A DNA stretch of 64,000 nt from an uncultured bacterium (GTDB lineage: Bacteria; Patescibacteriota; Microgenomatia; Levybacterales; UBA12049). This document shows, in pieces, positions 41,064 to 51,874 of the stretch. Below the pieces are notes generated by a model. The model ran no database searches, had not been told where the DNA came from, and saw only the letters and a program-made list of their open reading frames with translations. The DNA lies in contig CAWGXL010000011.1 in the NCBI GenBank assembly GCA_963826535.1, forward strand, positions 384,809 to 448,808, read 5' to 3'. The stretch's first letter is position 1. Every line of letters begins with the position of its first letter. Made by a program: the position numbers and the translations under genes.

Positions 41064-41555
41064 ATGAGTATAGAGAGGAGAGGGAGCGCAGCTTTAGTTG
41101 CGGGACTAACTTTATTTTCTCCTAGTGGAGGGGCAGAGCAAACAGGAGGATCGCAGAATGGTGGAGGGGCAGAGCATATAATTGGATCGAATCATTTAAA
41201 TTGTGCAAATGGGGAAGGAGTAGAAAGCATAACCAGGCAAGTTCGTGAAGGGGGTAATTTGGTTATAGGTCAAGGGCCTAATCAATTAATGAATTTAAAA
41301 AATATAAATAATGAAAAACTTCGCGTTTCTTATACAATACAGGGCGATAAACGCGATTCAATATTTGATTTAGATGCTGAAGGTAAAGCAAGATCAATAG
41401 AAACCGGTGCTGCTTGGGTTATGGGTGTATATTTAGACGAAGGGGGTATGGGGTATAATGTGACATTTGGACCAAAGGACCAAGGCGGACAAGGAGAGGC
41501 AAAAAGCATAGAGGTAAAAATAGATTTAAAATGTCCCTGGGTTAAACCGGGATGA
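41064..41555 (+). CDS. small secreted hypothetical protein (signal peptide), paralogous context to 40532
   Basis: 163 aa with signal sequence SAALVAGLTLFSPSGGAEQ; shares the upstream motif cttataatNatNNgttaaaatgctNttatg with the preceding gene. Confidence 0.45.
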   Translation: MSIERRGSAALVAGLTLFSPSGGAEQTGGSQNGGGAEHIIGSNHLNCANGEGVESITRQVREGGNLVIGQGPNQLMNLKNINNEKLRVSYTIQGDKRDSIFDLDAEGKARSIETGAAWVMGVYLDEGGMGYNVTFGPKDQGGQGEAKSIEVKIDLKCPWVKPG

Positions 41556-41715
41556 TTTCGCCTCAATAAAAGTTTATAAGTCATTAAAGCCACATTGCAA
41601 ATTGTTCTTGAATATATGAAGTGTTTGACATACAATAGTTGGAGTTTGACCTCATCGTGAACTCTTCTAAGCGGAGAGGGTATTAAATTGAATTGCAGGT
41701 GGATAAGCAAAAAAT

Positions 41716-42738
41716 ATGAATAAGAAACGAGTTTATTCCGGGATTAGAGCGACGGGGAGATTGCATTTGGGGAATTATCTTGGAGCTGTTAAGGGTATGA
41801 TTGAATTGCAAGACCGGTATGACTGCGTTTTTTCCGTAGTTGATTTGCACGCTATTACTACTCCTTATGAACCGAAGAACCTTCGCGATTCGGTGCGTAA
41901 TGTCGTTATAGATTACCTGGCTGCCGGACTTGACCCGAAAAAATGTTTTGTCGAGGTGCAGTCAAAAGTTCCACAACACATTGAACTTGCTTATTTGCTA
42001 TCAACTATTTATCCGGTATCAAGGCTTGAAGATTTGCCGACGTATAAAGAAAAGAAAGCGCAGTACCCAAAGTATGTGAATATGGGACTCCTATATTATC
42101 CGGTACTTATGGCTGCAGATATACTATTATATAAGGCAGAGTTGGTGCCGGTGGGGATTGACCAGGAGCCCCATTTGGAGGTATCCCGTGAGATCGCGAG
42201 GAAATTTAATAGTATGTTCGGGGTGATTTTTCCTGAGCCGAAAAGATTCCTGCCTGCCGGCAGGCAGGTGAGACAGGGAGAGTATGTGCCTTCTTTAATC
42301 GGGGCAGGCAAGATGAGTAAAACTGTTGAGGGGAGTTATATTACTTTAGCTGATGATTTGGAGATGATCCGGAAGCGTTTGGCGAAGGCGCCCACTGACA
42401 GCGGGACAAGCGGGGGAGAGATTCCGAAGGACCTGACTACCGGCAGGCAGGGGGCGGGAGTTGCAAACTTATTTAAACTGTTTAATCTGTTTGTTAATCA
42501 TGAAATGTATAATAGGTTTGTTCAGGATTATCGAGAGAAGAAAATCCGCTATTCCGAGATGAAAAATGTTTTAGCGGAGGCGATTTATAAAGAAATAAAG
42601 CCTATTCAGGAAAAAAGAAAAAAGTATGAGGAAAATCCAAAAATTGTTGATGAAATTATAATTGAGCACGCTGAAAAGTGCAGGTTGTTAGCGGACGAAA
42701 CGATGAAAGAGGTAAAAGTAAAAATGGGGCTACTTTAA
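41716..42738 (+). CDS. trpS: tryptophan--tRNA ligase
   Basis: Class I HIGH-like GRLHLGNYLG and KMSKT (GKMSKTV); 340 aa. Contains a 20-bp perfect palindrome at 42249-42268. Confidence 0.85.
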   Translation: MNKKRVYSGIRATGRLHLGNYLGAVKGMIELQDRYDCVFSVVDLHAITTPYEPKNLRDSVRNVVIDYLAAGLDPKKCFVEVQSKVPQHIELAYLLSTIYPVSRLEDLPTYKEKKAQYPKYVNMGLLYYPVLMAADILLYKAELVPVGIDQEPHLEVSREIARKFNSMFGVIFPEPKRFLPAGRQVRQGEYVPSLIGAGKMSKTVEGSYITLADDLEMIRKRLAKAPTDSGTSGGEIPKDLTTGRQGAGVANLFKLFNLFVNHEMYNRFVQDYREKKIRYSEMKNVLAEAIYKEIKPIQEKRKKYEENPKIVDEIIIEHAEKCRLLADETMKEVKVKMGLL

Positions 42739-42814
42739 TGCATTAGTTTTGGATTTGAAATAAAGCTCATTTTCCCGTTTCCGCCAAAAGCGGACAGGCG
42801 TACATGAATTTTTT

Positions 42815-42850
42815 TTTGCTCCCACTTCGCTAAAGCTTCGAGGGACAAGT
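42815..42850. repeat. GC-rich ~30-nt repeat resembling an internal tmRNA segment (TCCCACYYCGCYAARGCTTYGMGGGA family)
   Basis: cccacttcgctaaagcttcgagggacaagtgcg aligns with tmRNA segment 12921-12950 and with the copy at 54599. Followed by the hairpin cccgctgagcggg. Confidence 0.4.
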
Positions 42851-42985
42851 GCGAACCCCCCCGCTGAGCGGGAATCAAACAGTCTTGCGGCATAAAATTT
42901 TATGTACTCACTTCATTGACATTTTGAATGACAATTTTAATGGGGGTAGCAGGGGGCTGTATTTTATGATATACTGGGCTCGTTT

Positions 42986-44851
42986 ATGAGTTCAAATGGA
43001 AAAAAAAGTCCGATTCAAAATGGCCGCAAAAGAGTGGTGAAATTTAAGGCAAAATTTTCCTGGAAGAATCTTCTTCTTTATGGATTTTTGGTTATATTTT
43101 CTCTTTTTGTTTTTTCCGCATTAAGTTCTCCGTATGAGGATAGGAAAACTGTTCCTTTGTCTGAGGTTATAGCAAGTGTGAAAAAGGGGCAGGTGAAGAA
43201 AATCGCGGTTAGCGGGGACAAGTTACATGTTGATCTTAAAAACGGAACTACAATTCAGGCTGTAAAAGAACCCGGGGCGGATGTCTATTCACTTTTTAAA
43301 GATGCTGGAGTATCACCTGGCAATGCTCAGGTGATGGTGAAGGATGAGGCAATATTTAATAATTGGGTCGGTTTTATTTCCGCAGTTTTGCCTGTTGCAT
43401 TAATGATAGCTTTCTTTTACTTCATTTTTCGTCAAGCCCGGGGAACCCAAGAGAGTATTTTTTCTTTTGGTCAGTCTAGAGCCAAGCTTTATAACAAAGA
43501 CAATCCAAAAGTCACTTTTGCCGATGTTGCGGGCGTTGATGAGGCCAAGCAGGAATTAACAGAAATTGTTGATTTTCTTAAAAATCCCGTGAAGTACCGT
43601 GCTATGGGCGCGCGTACGCCAAAAGGTGTTCTCATGGTAGGTCCGGCCGGAACAGGGAAAACGTTATTGGCACGAAGCACTGCGGGGGAAGCTAATGTGG
43701 CTTTCTTCTCTATGGCAGGTTCTGAATTTATGGAGATGTTAGTAGGTGTCGGAGCAAGCAGGGTGCGTGATTTATTTAATACTGCGAAAAAATCCCAACC
43801 GTCCATTATATTCATTGACGAGATTGATGCTATTGGTAGGCAGCGAGGGGTAGGGATTATGGGGGGACATGATGAGCGCGAGCAGACACTGAATCAGATT
43901 CTTGTAGAAATGGATGGTTTTACTCCAAATGAGCATGTAATTGTCATGGCGGCAACTAACAGACCCGATGTGTTGGATCCGGCGCTTGTCAGGCCGGGAA
44001 GATTTGACCGGAGAGTGGCATTGGAACTGCCTGATATTAACGGGCGAAAGGCGATATTGGCAATTCACGCAAGAGGGAAACCTTTTGCCGCTAATGTGAA
44101 TTGGGACAAGACTGCAAAACGGACAGTGGGATTTTCCGGGGCGGATATTGAGAATATGTTGAATGAGTCGGCAATAAGGGCTGCAAGGCTTAATAAGAAG
44201 GCTATTGAAATGTCGGATTTGGAGGAGGCTGCGACAAGAGTAAAGCTGGGGCCGGAGAAAAAGCGGCTGCAGTCGGATTTGGACCGAAAGATGACAGCAT
44301 ATCATGAAGCCGGGCATGCATTGGTGGCGTGGGAAATGCCGCATGTTGACCCTATTTATCGAATGTCAATTGTTTCAAGAGGAATGTCGCTCGGGCATAC
44401 AATGACAGAGCCTGTGGATCGTGTGCATGAGACAAAGCTACATTTACTGGAGCAGATTGCAGTAATGATGGGCGGCCGGGCGGCGGAGAGTTTGGTTTTT
44501 GATGATATTACAACAGGTGCATCGGATGATATTGGAAAAGCGACGCAAGTGGCACGTGCTATGGTAACTAAGTTTGGTATGAGCGAACTTGGTCCAATTA
44601 GTCTGGATGTAGAGAGGAATTTTTATGAAGCTAGTGAAGTTTCGCCAGATATGGCAGCAAAAATTGATACTCAAGTGAAGAAGATCATGGATGAGGCGTA
44701 TAAGCAAGCAAATGCGATTTTGATGAAGCTTCGCGGTAAATTGGATACTTTGGCTGAGGAGCTTCTGAAGCGTGAGACAATTGAGGCGGAAGATTTTGTA
44801 AAATTGATTGGCCCCAAGAAAGCACTTGCTACCGCAGAGGTGAAGGTGTGA
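42986..44851 (+). CDS. ftsH: ATP-dependent zinc metalloprotease FtsH
   Basis: Walker A GPAGTGKT, the AAA second region of homology, and HEAGHALV zinc motif; two N-terminal TM segments. Confidence 0.9.
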   Translation: MSSNGKKSPIQNGRKRVVKFKAKFSWKNLLLYGFLVIFSLFVFSALSSPYEDRKTVPLSEVIASVKKGQVKKIAVSGDKLHVDLKNGTTIQAVKEPGADVYSLFKDAGVSPGNAQVMVKDEAIFNNWVGFISAVLPVALMIAFFYFIFRQARGTQESIFSFGQSRAKLYNKDNPKVTFADVAGVDEAKQELTEIVDFLKNPVKYRAMGARTPKGVLMVGPAGTGKTLLARSTAGEANVAFFSMAGSEFMEMLVGVGASRVRDLFNTAKKSQPSIIFIDEIDAIGRQRGVGIMGGHDEREQTLNQILVEMDGFTPNEHVIVMAATNRPDVLDPALVRPGRFDRRVALELPDINGRKAILAIHARGKPFAANVNWDKTAKRTVGFSGADIENMLNESAIRAARLNKKAIEMSDLEEAATRVKLGPEKKRLQSDLDRKMTAYHEAGHALVAWEMPHVDPIYRMSIVSRGMSLGHTMTEPVDRVHETKLHLLEQIAVMMGGRAAESLVFDDITTGASDDIGKATQVARAMVTKFGMSELGPISLDVERNFYEASEVSPDMAAKIDTQVKKIMDEAYKQANAILMKLRGKLDTLAEELLKRETIEAEDFVKLIGPKKALATAEVKV

Positions 44852-45099
44852 GAGTATAACAAATTGTTATAGGACTTGATTATTAAGATAGATTAATATA
44901 TAAGTAAATCAACAATTTAACTAATCAAGAGTGATGGGGAGAGAATTGGCTTGATGATCCATCCAGCAACCGGCTACAAAAGCAGCGGTGCTACACCCAA
45001 CCCTGTAGGGGGAAGGATTTGTCCTTGGAGTAATCAAAGGAAAATATTTTATACCTCTCTTTACAGGAGAGGTTTTTTTGTGGGAAGGAGGCGAAATAT

Positions 45100-45891
45100 A
45101 TGCATGAAAGAGATAGGGATGGGATTAGGCGTATTCAACAAAATTTAGTTGAAAACAAAGGACAACAAGAGCAAAAGTCTTCGAGAGTGGAAGGGGTGCG
45201 AAGAGAGCTTGTGAGAATTGCCAACGAAACAAAAGCAAAATATAAGAGGGAAGAGGAGGCAATGCGTCCAGATGCAGAGGTTGCTGTTAAAGAAATAATT
45301 CAACCTTGGTTTTCAGACTTAATTGCTTCAGGTACATACGAAGACCTATTAAGGTGGTCAAGGTTTAACGAGTATAATGTCTATCTCTCGGAAACAATTT
45401 TATACTATTGGCCTAATCGTGCTCTAAAGGAGATAGCAAGTGGAGACAGTAAGCTTTATAAAGATAAAGCAGAATTCGTGGTTGAAAGATATAAAGGATC
45501 AGATATCAAAAAAGGAATTCAGTCCCACGCTGATAGAGACAATGTATGGCATGCTGGTTTTAAGATGGGTAGAGGCAGGTGGCGTGATAATACTGATGGA
45601 TTAAGAATTTGGCGGTGGCCAGTGGTAGGAGGGGGATTTGCCTTTTCTCAGAGTGCGATTTACTATGAAATTCCTGTAAATGAGCACAGCGTTGCCTTTT
45701 TTTTGGACAGGATTAGTCCAGAGGTATGGGTAGAATTTGGCAAGCAGATTGAAAGCGGAAAGGCTTGGGATGCAATAGAGCGCTCTATGAAACCGAAAAA
45801 GAGAGCGTCAGCTCGAGAAGCAACCGAAAGAGATGTAGAAGAAGAAAAAAGAGTTGCTCAAGAGTACCTAAGGAACCGGCAATGGCACTAA
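45100..45891 (+). CDS. hypothetical protein
   Basis: 263-aa ORF; charged and Trp-rich; no motif recognised. Confidence 0.4.
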   Translation: MHERDRDGIRRIQQNLVENKGQQEQKSSRVEGVRRELVRIANETKAKYKREEEAMRPDAEVAVKEIIQPWFSDLIASGTYEDLLRWSRFNEYNVYLSETILYYWPNRALKEIASGDSKLYKDKAEFVVERYKGSDIKKGIQSHADRDNVWHAGFKMGRGRWRDNTDGLRIWRWPVVGGGFAFSQSAIYYEIPVNEHSVAFFLDRISPEVWVEFGKQIESGKAWDAIERSMKPKKRASAREATERDVEEEKRVAQEYLRNRQWH

Positions 45892-45988
45892 GCCAGAGTG
45901 GCAGGAAAGACGGAAGCTAGCTGTCTTTTTCTGCCATACAGATTGTGTATTTCTCAGAAGTAGAATAAAGAAGAATCAATTTAATTTT

Positions 45989-46282
45989 GTGCTTGAAAAA
46001 AGTATCCGGGCTCCCTATAATGAAACTACTATGAATACACAAATTGTTGAAAAAATTGAATCGATTGAGAAAGAATTTAAGGAATTAAAAACTCTCTTGA
46101 AAGAAGAAGCAAAAAAGAAACCTTCTAAAAAAAGTGACGTAGCGGGATTGTGGAAAGATTTAGATAGAAAAGATGTGAAAGTTTCGGTTGCCGAGGGACT
46201 TCGAGATTATCGCGATGGAAAAGTTTATGGGCCATTTAAAAATATGGAGGAGTTTAAAGCATCTCTTAAAAAGGATTCATGA
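45989..46282 (+). CDS. putative antitoxin partner of RelE/ParE toxin
   Basis: Small coiled-coil protein immediately upstream of the toxin gene with a 4-nt overlap. The true start may be the Met at about 46031. Confidence 0.4.
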   Translation: MLEKSIRAPYNETTMNTQIVEKIESIEKEFKELKTLLKEEAKKKPSKKSDVAGLWKDLDRKDVKVSVAEGLRDYRDGKVYGPFKNMEEFKASLKKDS

Positions 46283-46524
46283 AAATCACGTTTACTTTAA
46301 AAGGACGAAAAAGCTACATTTCCCTCCCTCCAAAAATTATGTCTATCACCGATAAACAACTCAACCTTCTAATAAATGACTTCCGGCATCCTTCACTTCG
46401 TGCTAAGAAGTATGATGAGAGGCAAGATATTTGGCAAGGCAGAATAACCGGAATTTGGCGTTTTTATTTTCTCATTGAACATGATGAGTACGTTATTCTT
46501 TCGATTATAAAACATCCTAATTGA
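46279..46524 (+). CDS. RelE/ParE family toxin
   Basis: 81 aa; the C-terminus GRITGIWRFYFLIEHDEYVILSIIKH fits the RelE/ParE fold signature. Confidence 0.6.
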   Translation: MKITFTLKGRKSYISLPPKIMSITDKQLNLLINDFRHPSLRAKKYDERQDIWQGRITGIWRFYFLIEHDEYVILSIIKHPN

Positions 46525-47570
46525 TTAAACTTGTTATGAAAAAACTACTACTTATTGATGGTAATGCTATTTTACATCGGGCTTATCATGCATTGCCGCC
46601 GTTGACTAATACCAAGGGGATGGTAGTGAATGGAGTGTATGGGTTTTTTTCAATGCTTTTTAATGTTCTTATTGACCAAAAGCCTGATTATCTGGCGGTA
46701 TGTTTTGACCGTGCTGCGCCGAATTTTCGTCAGACGCTTTTCGCGGGTTATCAGCAACATAGGCCGGCAATGGCAGATGATTTTGTGCCGCAAATTATTT
46801 TGGTTCATGAATTACTGGAGAAAATGAAGGTTTCGGTTTTTGAGCTTGATGGATATGAGGCGGACGATTTGATTGGGACAATTGCGACTCTGGCGGTTTC
46901 TAGACGGGGTCCTGTCGGGCGTTTCCCCCGTCCGACGTCCTCGGTCGCAAAGCTCCCTGTGGGCGCTCGACGGGGGTCCCCCACGCCCGCCACCCCTCCA
47001 ATTTCTGATTTAGAAGTTATTATTCTAACCGGGGATCGGGATATGTTGCAACTGGTGAATGAGAGAGTTAAAATTTTGATGCCGCTGGTTGGAATTTCAA
47101 AAACAATTTTATTTGATGAGGGGAAAGTTGAAGAAAAATATGGAGTCAAGCCTTCACAGTTTATAGATTATAAGGCACTCATTGGGGATGCGTCTGATGG
47201 GTATCCGGGGGTTGCGGGGATTGGGCCTAAAACTGCGAGCAATCTGCTTAAGGAATACGAAACTTTTGAGAATTTGTATAAGCAAATTCCCAAACTTCCT
47301 GAGAGAGTTGGCTTAAAGCTTGCAACTGACGCGGAGCAAGCTGCTCTTGCTAAAAAACTTGCAACTATTGTCATAGATGTTCCCACGCAATTTGATATTC
47401 AAAAATGTGCATGCTCAGGCTTTGATATTAAGAGTTTACGCGAAGCGTTTTCGGAACAGGGATTCAAAACACTGACAAAAAGACTTGATACTATATTCGG
47501 CGCGGGAGAACAAAAAGAGATAGAAAAGATGAAGAAAAATGAAAAAAAAGATCAATTGGAGTTGTTATGA
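46521..47570 (+). CDS. 5'-3' exonuclease (Pol I N-terminal/FEN-like domain) with in-frame GC-rich insertion
   Basis: LLLIDGNAILHRAYHA, YEADDLIGT and GDRDMLQL motifs. About 110 nt of roughly 75% GC (46899-47010), encoding SRRGPVGRFPRPTSSVAKLPVGARRGSPTPATPPIS, splits the conserved ADDLIGT and TGDRD blocks. Confidence 0.75.
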   Translation: MIKLVMKKLLLIDGNAILHRAYHALPPLTNTKGMVVNGVYGFFSMLFNVLIDQKPDYLAVCFDRAAPNFRQTLFAGYQQHRPAMADDFVPQIILVHELLEKMKVSVFELDGYEADDLIGTIATLAVSRRGPVGRFPRPTSSVAKLPVGARRGSPTPATPPISDLEVIILTGDRDMLQLVNERVKILMPLVGISKTILFDEGKVEEKYGVKPSQFIDYKALIGDASDGYPGVAGIGPKTASNLLKEYETFENLYKQIPKLPERVGLKLATDAEQAALAKKLATIVIDVPTQFDIQKCACSGFDIKSLREAFSEQGFKTLTKRLDTIFGAGEQKEIEKMKKNEKKDQLELL

Positions 47571-48217
47571 AAATCCCAGAGAATATAAAAGCAGTTATTT
47601 TTGATGTTGATGAGCTTCTACTGGATACAGAGCACTTATGGTTTAAGACACATAATGAGTTCTTGAGAAGACGAAATTATGTCTATAAGGATGAAATGCA
47701 TAGAGAAATAACAGGGTTGGGACATAAAGAGGTTAGCTTGTTTTATAAACAGCGCTTTGCTCTTCCAAATAAATGGGAAGAAATTGGTTTAGAATTTCGG
47801 GGGATTTTTTATTCGCTATTAACACAAGAGATACAGTTAATGGATGGCGCACGAGTTTTAGTTGAACAATTATATAAAAAGAGATACAAGCTAGCTGTAG
47901 CAACAGGTGGTTATTCGAGAGATAAAATTACGGGAATATTGAAAGACTTAGATATGAAAAAATATTTTTCAGTTATTGTTTCGGGAGATGAGGTTGAAAG
48001 GGGAAAGCCATATCCTGATATTTATCTTGAAACAGCAAAACAGCTAAATGTATCACCACAGCAGTGTATTGTTTTAGAAGATGCGATGAACGGGATTCTT
48101 GCAGCTAAAAAAGCTAAAATGATGGTATTTGGTGTTAATAAAGACGAAAAGATGAGAGAAGAGTTGGTAAAAGCAGGAGCAGATAAAGTGTTAACAAGCT
48201 TAACGGAAATTATTTGA
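47567..48217 (+). CDS. HAD-IA family hydrolase (beta-phosphoglucomutase-like)
   Basis: Motif I FDVDELLLDTE and the ...GG....K...I... HAD pattern. Confidence 0.7.
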   Translation: MKIPENIKAVIFDVDELLLDTEHLWFKTHNEFLRRRNYVYKDEMHREITGLGHKEVSLFYKQRFALPNKWEEIGLEFRGIFYSLLTQEIQLMDGARVLVEQLYKKRYKLAVATGGYSRDKITGILKDLDMKKYFSVIVSGDEVERGKPYPDIYLETAKQLNVSPQQCIVLEDAMNGILAAKKAKMMVFGVNKDEKMREELVKAGADKVLTSLTEII

Positions 48218-49428
48218 TGAAAGTTGCTTTAGTGCACGATTACATAAAAGAATACGGCGGAGCGGAGAGGGTTTTGGAGGCGTTGCATGAGATTTATCCG
48301 GATGCGCCTGTTTTTACTTCGGTGTATATACCTTCATTTTTGGGGCCGCATAGAGAACGATTTGCGCGATGGGATATACGGACGTCGATTTTGCAGCATA
48401 TACCATTCAAGCATAAGCTTATCAGTCCATTCCGAATGTTTAGCCCATGGGTTTTTAAACAGTTTGATTTGTCGGATTATGATTTGGTGATTGTATCGGC
48501 GACGGGGGCTTACGAACCAAATATGGTTCGTACTAAGAACCAAGAACCAAGAACTAAGAACAATAAGGGAGCTATTCATATTTGTTATTGTCATACGCCG
48601 CCGAGGTATCTGTATGGTTACGCAACGGCGAGAGATTGGAAGAGGCATAGGATTTTTGCAGTTTTGGGGGCGGTTTTCAATCATTTTTTGCGGATGGTTG
48701 ATTTCGCGGCGTCAAGACATGTAGATTTTTATATTGCGAATTCAGAGGAAGTGGCGGGGAGGATTAAGAAGTTTTATAGGAGCGAAGCTACTGTTATTTA
48801 TCCTCCTGTAGAAATTCAAAATTCAAAATTACAAATCAAAAATCAAAAAGGAATGGATTCCCGCCTTTCCCACAAGGGGACTACATTCTCCGAAGGGTCG
48901 CGCGGGAATGACGATAAGAGGAAAGATTATTTTTTAACTGGGGGTAGGTTGGCGATGGCTAAGCATTTTGATCTTATTGTTCGTGCTTGTCGAGAACTAG
49001 ACGTTCCTTTAAAAGTATTTGGCAAGTCGTTTGCCGGGTATGGTGAGAAACTTGAGGATTTAGCAGGACGAAAGACTGAATTTTTTGGAGAAGTAAGTGA
49101 TGAGGAAAAGTTTAAACTTATGGCGGGAGCGAAAGCGTTTTTGTTTGCTTCAGAAGATGAGGATTTTGGGATTGTGCCGGTTGAGGCGATGGGTTGCGGG
49201 ATTCCGGTTATAGCTTATAAGTCGGGAGGGGTGAAGGAAACAGTGATAGAGGGAAAGACGGGGGTGTTTTTTGAGGAACTAACAGCGGAGAGTTTTAAAA
49301 AAGCGATACAAAAGTTTGAGAAAATGAAATTTGACCCATATGATTCTAGAAAGCAAGCTCAGAAGTTCTCGAAAGAGAGGTTTGACATGGAATTTAAAGA
49401 ATTTGTTAAAAGACTTTTTAGTGAGTAA
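48214..49428 (+). CDS. GT4 family glycosyltransferase with two in-frame repeat insertions
   Basis: C-terminal EDFGIVPVEAMGCGIPVIAYKSGG (E-x7-E region). Insertions at 48513-48566 and 48811-48912. Confidence 0.75.
   Translation: MMKVALVHDYIKEYGGAERVLEALHEIYPDAPVFTSVYIPSFLGPHRERFARWDIRTSILQHIPFKHKLISPFRMFSPWVFKQFDLSDYDLVIVSATGAYEPNMVRTKNQEPRTKNNKGAIHICYCHTPPRYLYGYATARDWKRHRIFAVLGAVFNHFLRMVDFAASRHVDFYIANSEEVAGRIKKFYRSEATVIYPPVEIQNSKLQIKNQKGMDSRLSHKGTTFSEGSRGNDDKRKDYFLTGGRLAMAKHFDLIVRACRELDVPLKVFGKSFAGYGEKLEDLAGRKTEFFGEVSDEEKFKLMAGAKAFLFASEDEDFGIVPVEAMGCGIPVIAYKSGGVKETVIEGKTGVFFEELTAESFKKAIQKFEKMKFDPYDSRKQAQKFSKERFDMEFKEFVKRLFSE
48513..48566. repeat. in-CDS insertion: palindrome cgaaccaaatatggttcg plus (c/t)aagaac heptamer repeats
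   Basis: Encodes PNMVRTKNQEPRTKNNK inside the GT4 gene; homologous to the ligase insertion at 59312-59366. Confidence 0.55.
48811..48912. repeat. in-CDS composite insertion: heptamer array (aaattca...) plus nested GC hairpin attcccgc[...cccacaaggggactac...]gcgggaat
   Basis: Shares the outer hairpin with 39619-39645 and the inner CCCACAAGGGGACTAC core with 61336-61351. Confidence 0.55.
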
Positions 49429-49465
49429 TTTTCAATTTAAAATTTGAAATTGAAATTTTTAAATT

Positions 49466-50314
49466 ATGCCGGAGTTACCCGAAGTAGAAACAATTAGAAG
49501 GGGACTGGAGAAATATCTTGTTGGACATGTTATTGAGGATGTTGAAATTCGGTTGGCGAAGCAGTTTTCAGGAAATCCGAAGTTGATTATTGGAACAAAG
49601 ATTATTTCGGTTCGGCGGTTTGGTAAAGGATTAGTCATTGATCTGGAAAACTTATACAGCGCGGCGATTCATATCAAAATGACGGGTCAGCTTATTTATC
49701 AGGGACCCGATATTCCAAAAGGAAGTAAGCCATCAGTTGCAAAGGTTGGTACTGCTCTACCTTCTCGGCATACGCATATTATTTTTCGTTTAGACAAAAA
49801 AGCGACGCTGTTCTATAACGATATCCGACAATTTGGGTGGATCAAGATAGTCAAAACAGATGAAGTGGGAAGTCTACCTTTCTTCAAAGAATTAGGACCT
49901 GAGCCATTGAAAGATCTTGATTTTGCGGGTTTTAAGAACATTATTGCGAAGATCGGCGCGCCAATAAAGTCAGTACTTATGGATCAGAAAAAAATCGGAG
50001 GGATTGGTAATATCTATGCAAATGATGCGTTATATTTAGCAAAAATTAATCCTAAAAGACCGGCTTCCTCACTTACTGCGGGAGAGTTGAGGGAACTTTT
50101 TAATGCAATAGAGAATGTGTTAAAAAAAGGTTTGGAGGTTGGCGGGGCATCGGAATGGCAATATGTTAATGCCCTGGGAGAGGCGGGGGGTTATCAGAAT
50201 TTTTTTCAAGTTTATGGACGAGATGGAAAGTTGTGTAAGCGATGTAAGAGTACAATTGAGAGGATAAAAATAGGCGGGCGGGGGACGTTTTACTGTCCAG
50301 GGTGCCAGAGCTAA
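49466..50314 (+). CDS. formamidopyrimidine-DNA glycosylase (Fpg/Nei family)
   Basis: N-terminal MPELPEVE catalytic P2/E3 and a C-terminal zinc finger CKRC...CPGC. Confidence 0.8.
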   Translation: MPELPEVETIRRGLEKYLVGHVIEDVEIRLAKQFSGNPKLIIGTKIISVRRFGKGLVIDLENLYSAAIHIKMTGQLIYQGPDIPKGSKPSVAKVGTALPSRHTHIIFRLDKKATLFYNDIRQFGWIKIVKTDEVGSLPFFKELGPEPLKDLDFAGFKNIIAKIGAPIKSVLMDQKKIGGIGNIYANDALYLAKINPKRPASSLTAGELRELFNAIENVLKKGLEVGGASEWQYVNALGEAGGYQNFFQVYGRDGKLCKRCKSTIERIKIGGRGTFYCPGCQS

Positions 50315-50373
50315 GCTCTACTTTTTTAGTCTTATAGTTTGATATTTATTATGATTTCCGTTATAATTATTGC

Positions 50374-51090
50374 ATGGGTGAATTACTTATACGACGCGAA
50401 ATTCATGAATATAATGTACATCAAGCTGTAGCTTTAGATTTAGATAGAACTTTAGGCAGTGTTAAGGCAGCTATGGCCCGATTTTATGCGGCAGCAAGGT
50501 TTTGTGGAATACCGGTAGAACAAATCGACGAAGAACGTCGCGAAGTGGAAAGTAAGGGCGGTACATTTGAACCTCTACATTCTATAGAAGATAAGCTTAC
50601 ACCAGAATTAAGACATAAATTTAATTATCGTTTTACAACTTTAAAGAATCCTCCAATTTTATATGATGATGCAATCACTTTCTTAAATAATCTAGAAAGG
50701 AACGCTATGCCTTTTCATTTGATTACTTATGGGGTAAATCCTGAGTGGCAACGACTCAAAGTAGAGGCAAGCGGTTTTCGGGGTGGCGTGACAATTTTGG
50801 ATGATTCTAATAAAGGAAGGGAAATTGCCGGTTGGAGCTCAGGAGGTAAATATGAGCTTGCTTTAGAGGGAGGTGCCGAGAAGACAGTATATCGTGCGGA
50901 TACTGTTTGTTTAATTGATGATAAAGCAGTAGCATTCAATGATCTACCACAAGACTGCAGCGGGTTTTTGCTACAACGAGGTGATGAGTTGCTTGCGAGT
51001 CAACAGGGTTCAGTGCCGGAGAATGTGAGAACTATTCATAGTTTGGATGAGTTGATAGTAGTAAATGGTGTAATTACGCCCCGGAGATAG
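50374..51090 (+). CDS. hypothetical protein (possible HAD-like DxD start)
   Basis: ALDLDRTL near the N-terminus; otherwise unassigned. Confidence 0.35.
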   Translation: MGELLIRREIHEYNVHQAVALDLDRTLGSVKAAMARFYAAARFCGIPVEQIDEERREVESKGGTFEPLHSIEDKLTPELRHKFNYRFTTLKNPPILYDDAITFLNNLERNAMPFHLITYGVNPEWQRLKVEASGFRGGVTILDDSNKGREIAGWSSGGKYELALEGGAEKTVYRADTVCLIDDKAVAFNDLPQDCSGFLLQRGDELLASQQGSVPENVRTIHSLDELIVVNGVITPRR

Positions 51091-51166
51091 AGTTTCTTCA
51101 AAAATTGTATTTATGTAAAAGTTGTGCTATCATCTTGATGGATTCGTACTTTTTCATGACATTAGT

Positions 51167-51874
51167 ATGACAAACAACGGACGGGATAGGGTTATTATAT
51201 CAGTAAGCGGTTCTCTAATCGTCCCTAATGGGGGAATTGGTACGGATTTTCTTGCTAAGCTTAATAGCTTTATCCGAGAGCAACTGACGCAACATCCAAA
51301 GCGTCAGTTTTTTTTGGTTATAGGGGGCGGATCGATCGCGCGGCATTATATTGATGCAGGCCGGGAAGTTTTGAAACATCAACTTTCGGGGGAGGATTTG
51401 GATTGGCTGGGGATTCATGCGAGCCGACTCAACGCTCATTTGGTAAGGACTATTTTTCGAGATATTGCACATGCATATATTATTGATGATTATGATGTCA
51501 TTAGAAAGGCCACGGAATCGGTTATTGTTGCTTCCGGATGGCGACCGGGATGGTCGACTGATTATTGTGCAATGTTACTCTGCGAGGATTATGCTGAAGA
51601 TACACTTATTAATTTGGGTGTTCTGAAGCAACTTTACGATCGCGATCCGAATGAGCATGTTGATGCCAGAGCACTAGAAAAAATTCGATGGGACGATTTT
51701 CGGAAATTAGTGGGTGAGAAGTGGACACCGGGAATGCATGCGCCTTTTGATCCGATTGCTACTAAGAAAGCGCAGGAATTGGGGGTCAAAGTAGTTATTA
51801 TGTCGGGAAAGGATTTTGAGAATTTGGATAAGTATTTCAGGAGAGAAAAGTTTGTGGGAACTGTGATTGAATAA
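51167..51874 (+). CDS. amino-acid kinase family protein, probable UMP kinase
   Basis: RVIISVSGSLIVP...FFLVIGGGSIARHYI resembles PyrH-type UMP kinases. Start set at MTNNG. Confidence 0.55.
   Translation: MTNNGRDRVIISVSGSLIVPNGGIGTDFLAKLNSFIREQLTQHPKRQFFLVIGGGSIARHYIDAGREVLKHQLSGEDLDWLGIHASRLNAHLVRTIFRDIAHAYIIDDYDVIRKATESVIVASGWRPGWSTDYCAMLLCEDYAEDTLINLGVLKQLYDRDPNEHVDARALEKIRWDDFRKLVGEKWTPGMHAPFDPIATKKAQELGVKVVIMSGKDFENLDKYFRREKFVGTVIE

Noticed and set aside
41560-41715. Possible T-box riboswitch leader upstream of trpS (GGTGG-containing segment tgcaggtggata).
   Set aside because: The leader is only about 150 nt, with no convincing specifier loop or T-box consensus (AATTAGGGTGGNACCGCG); not supported.
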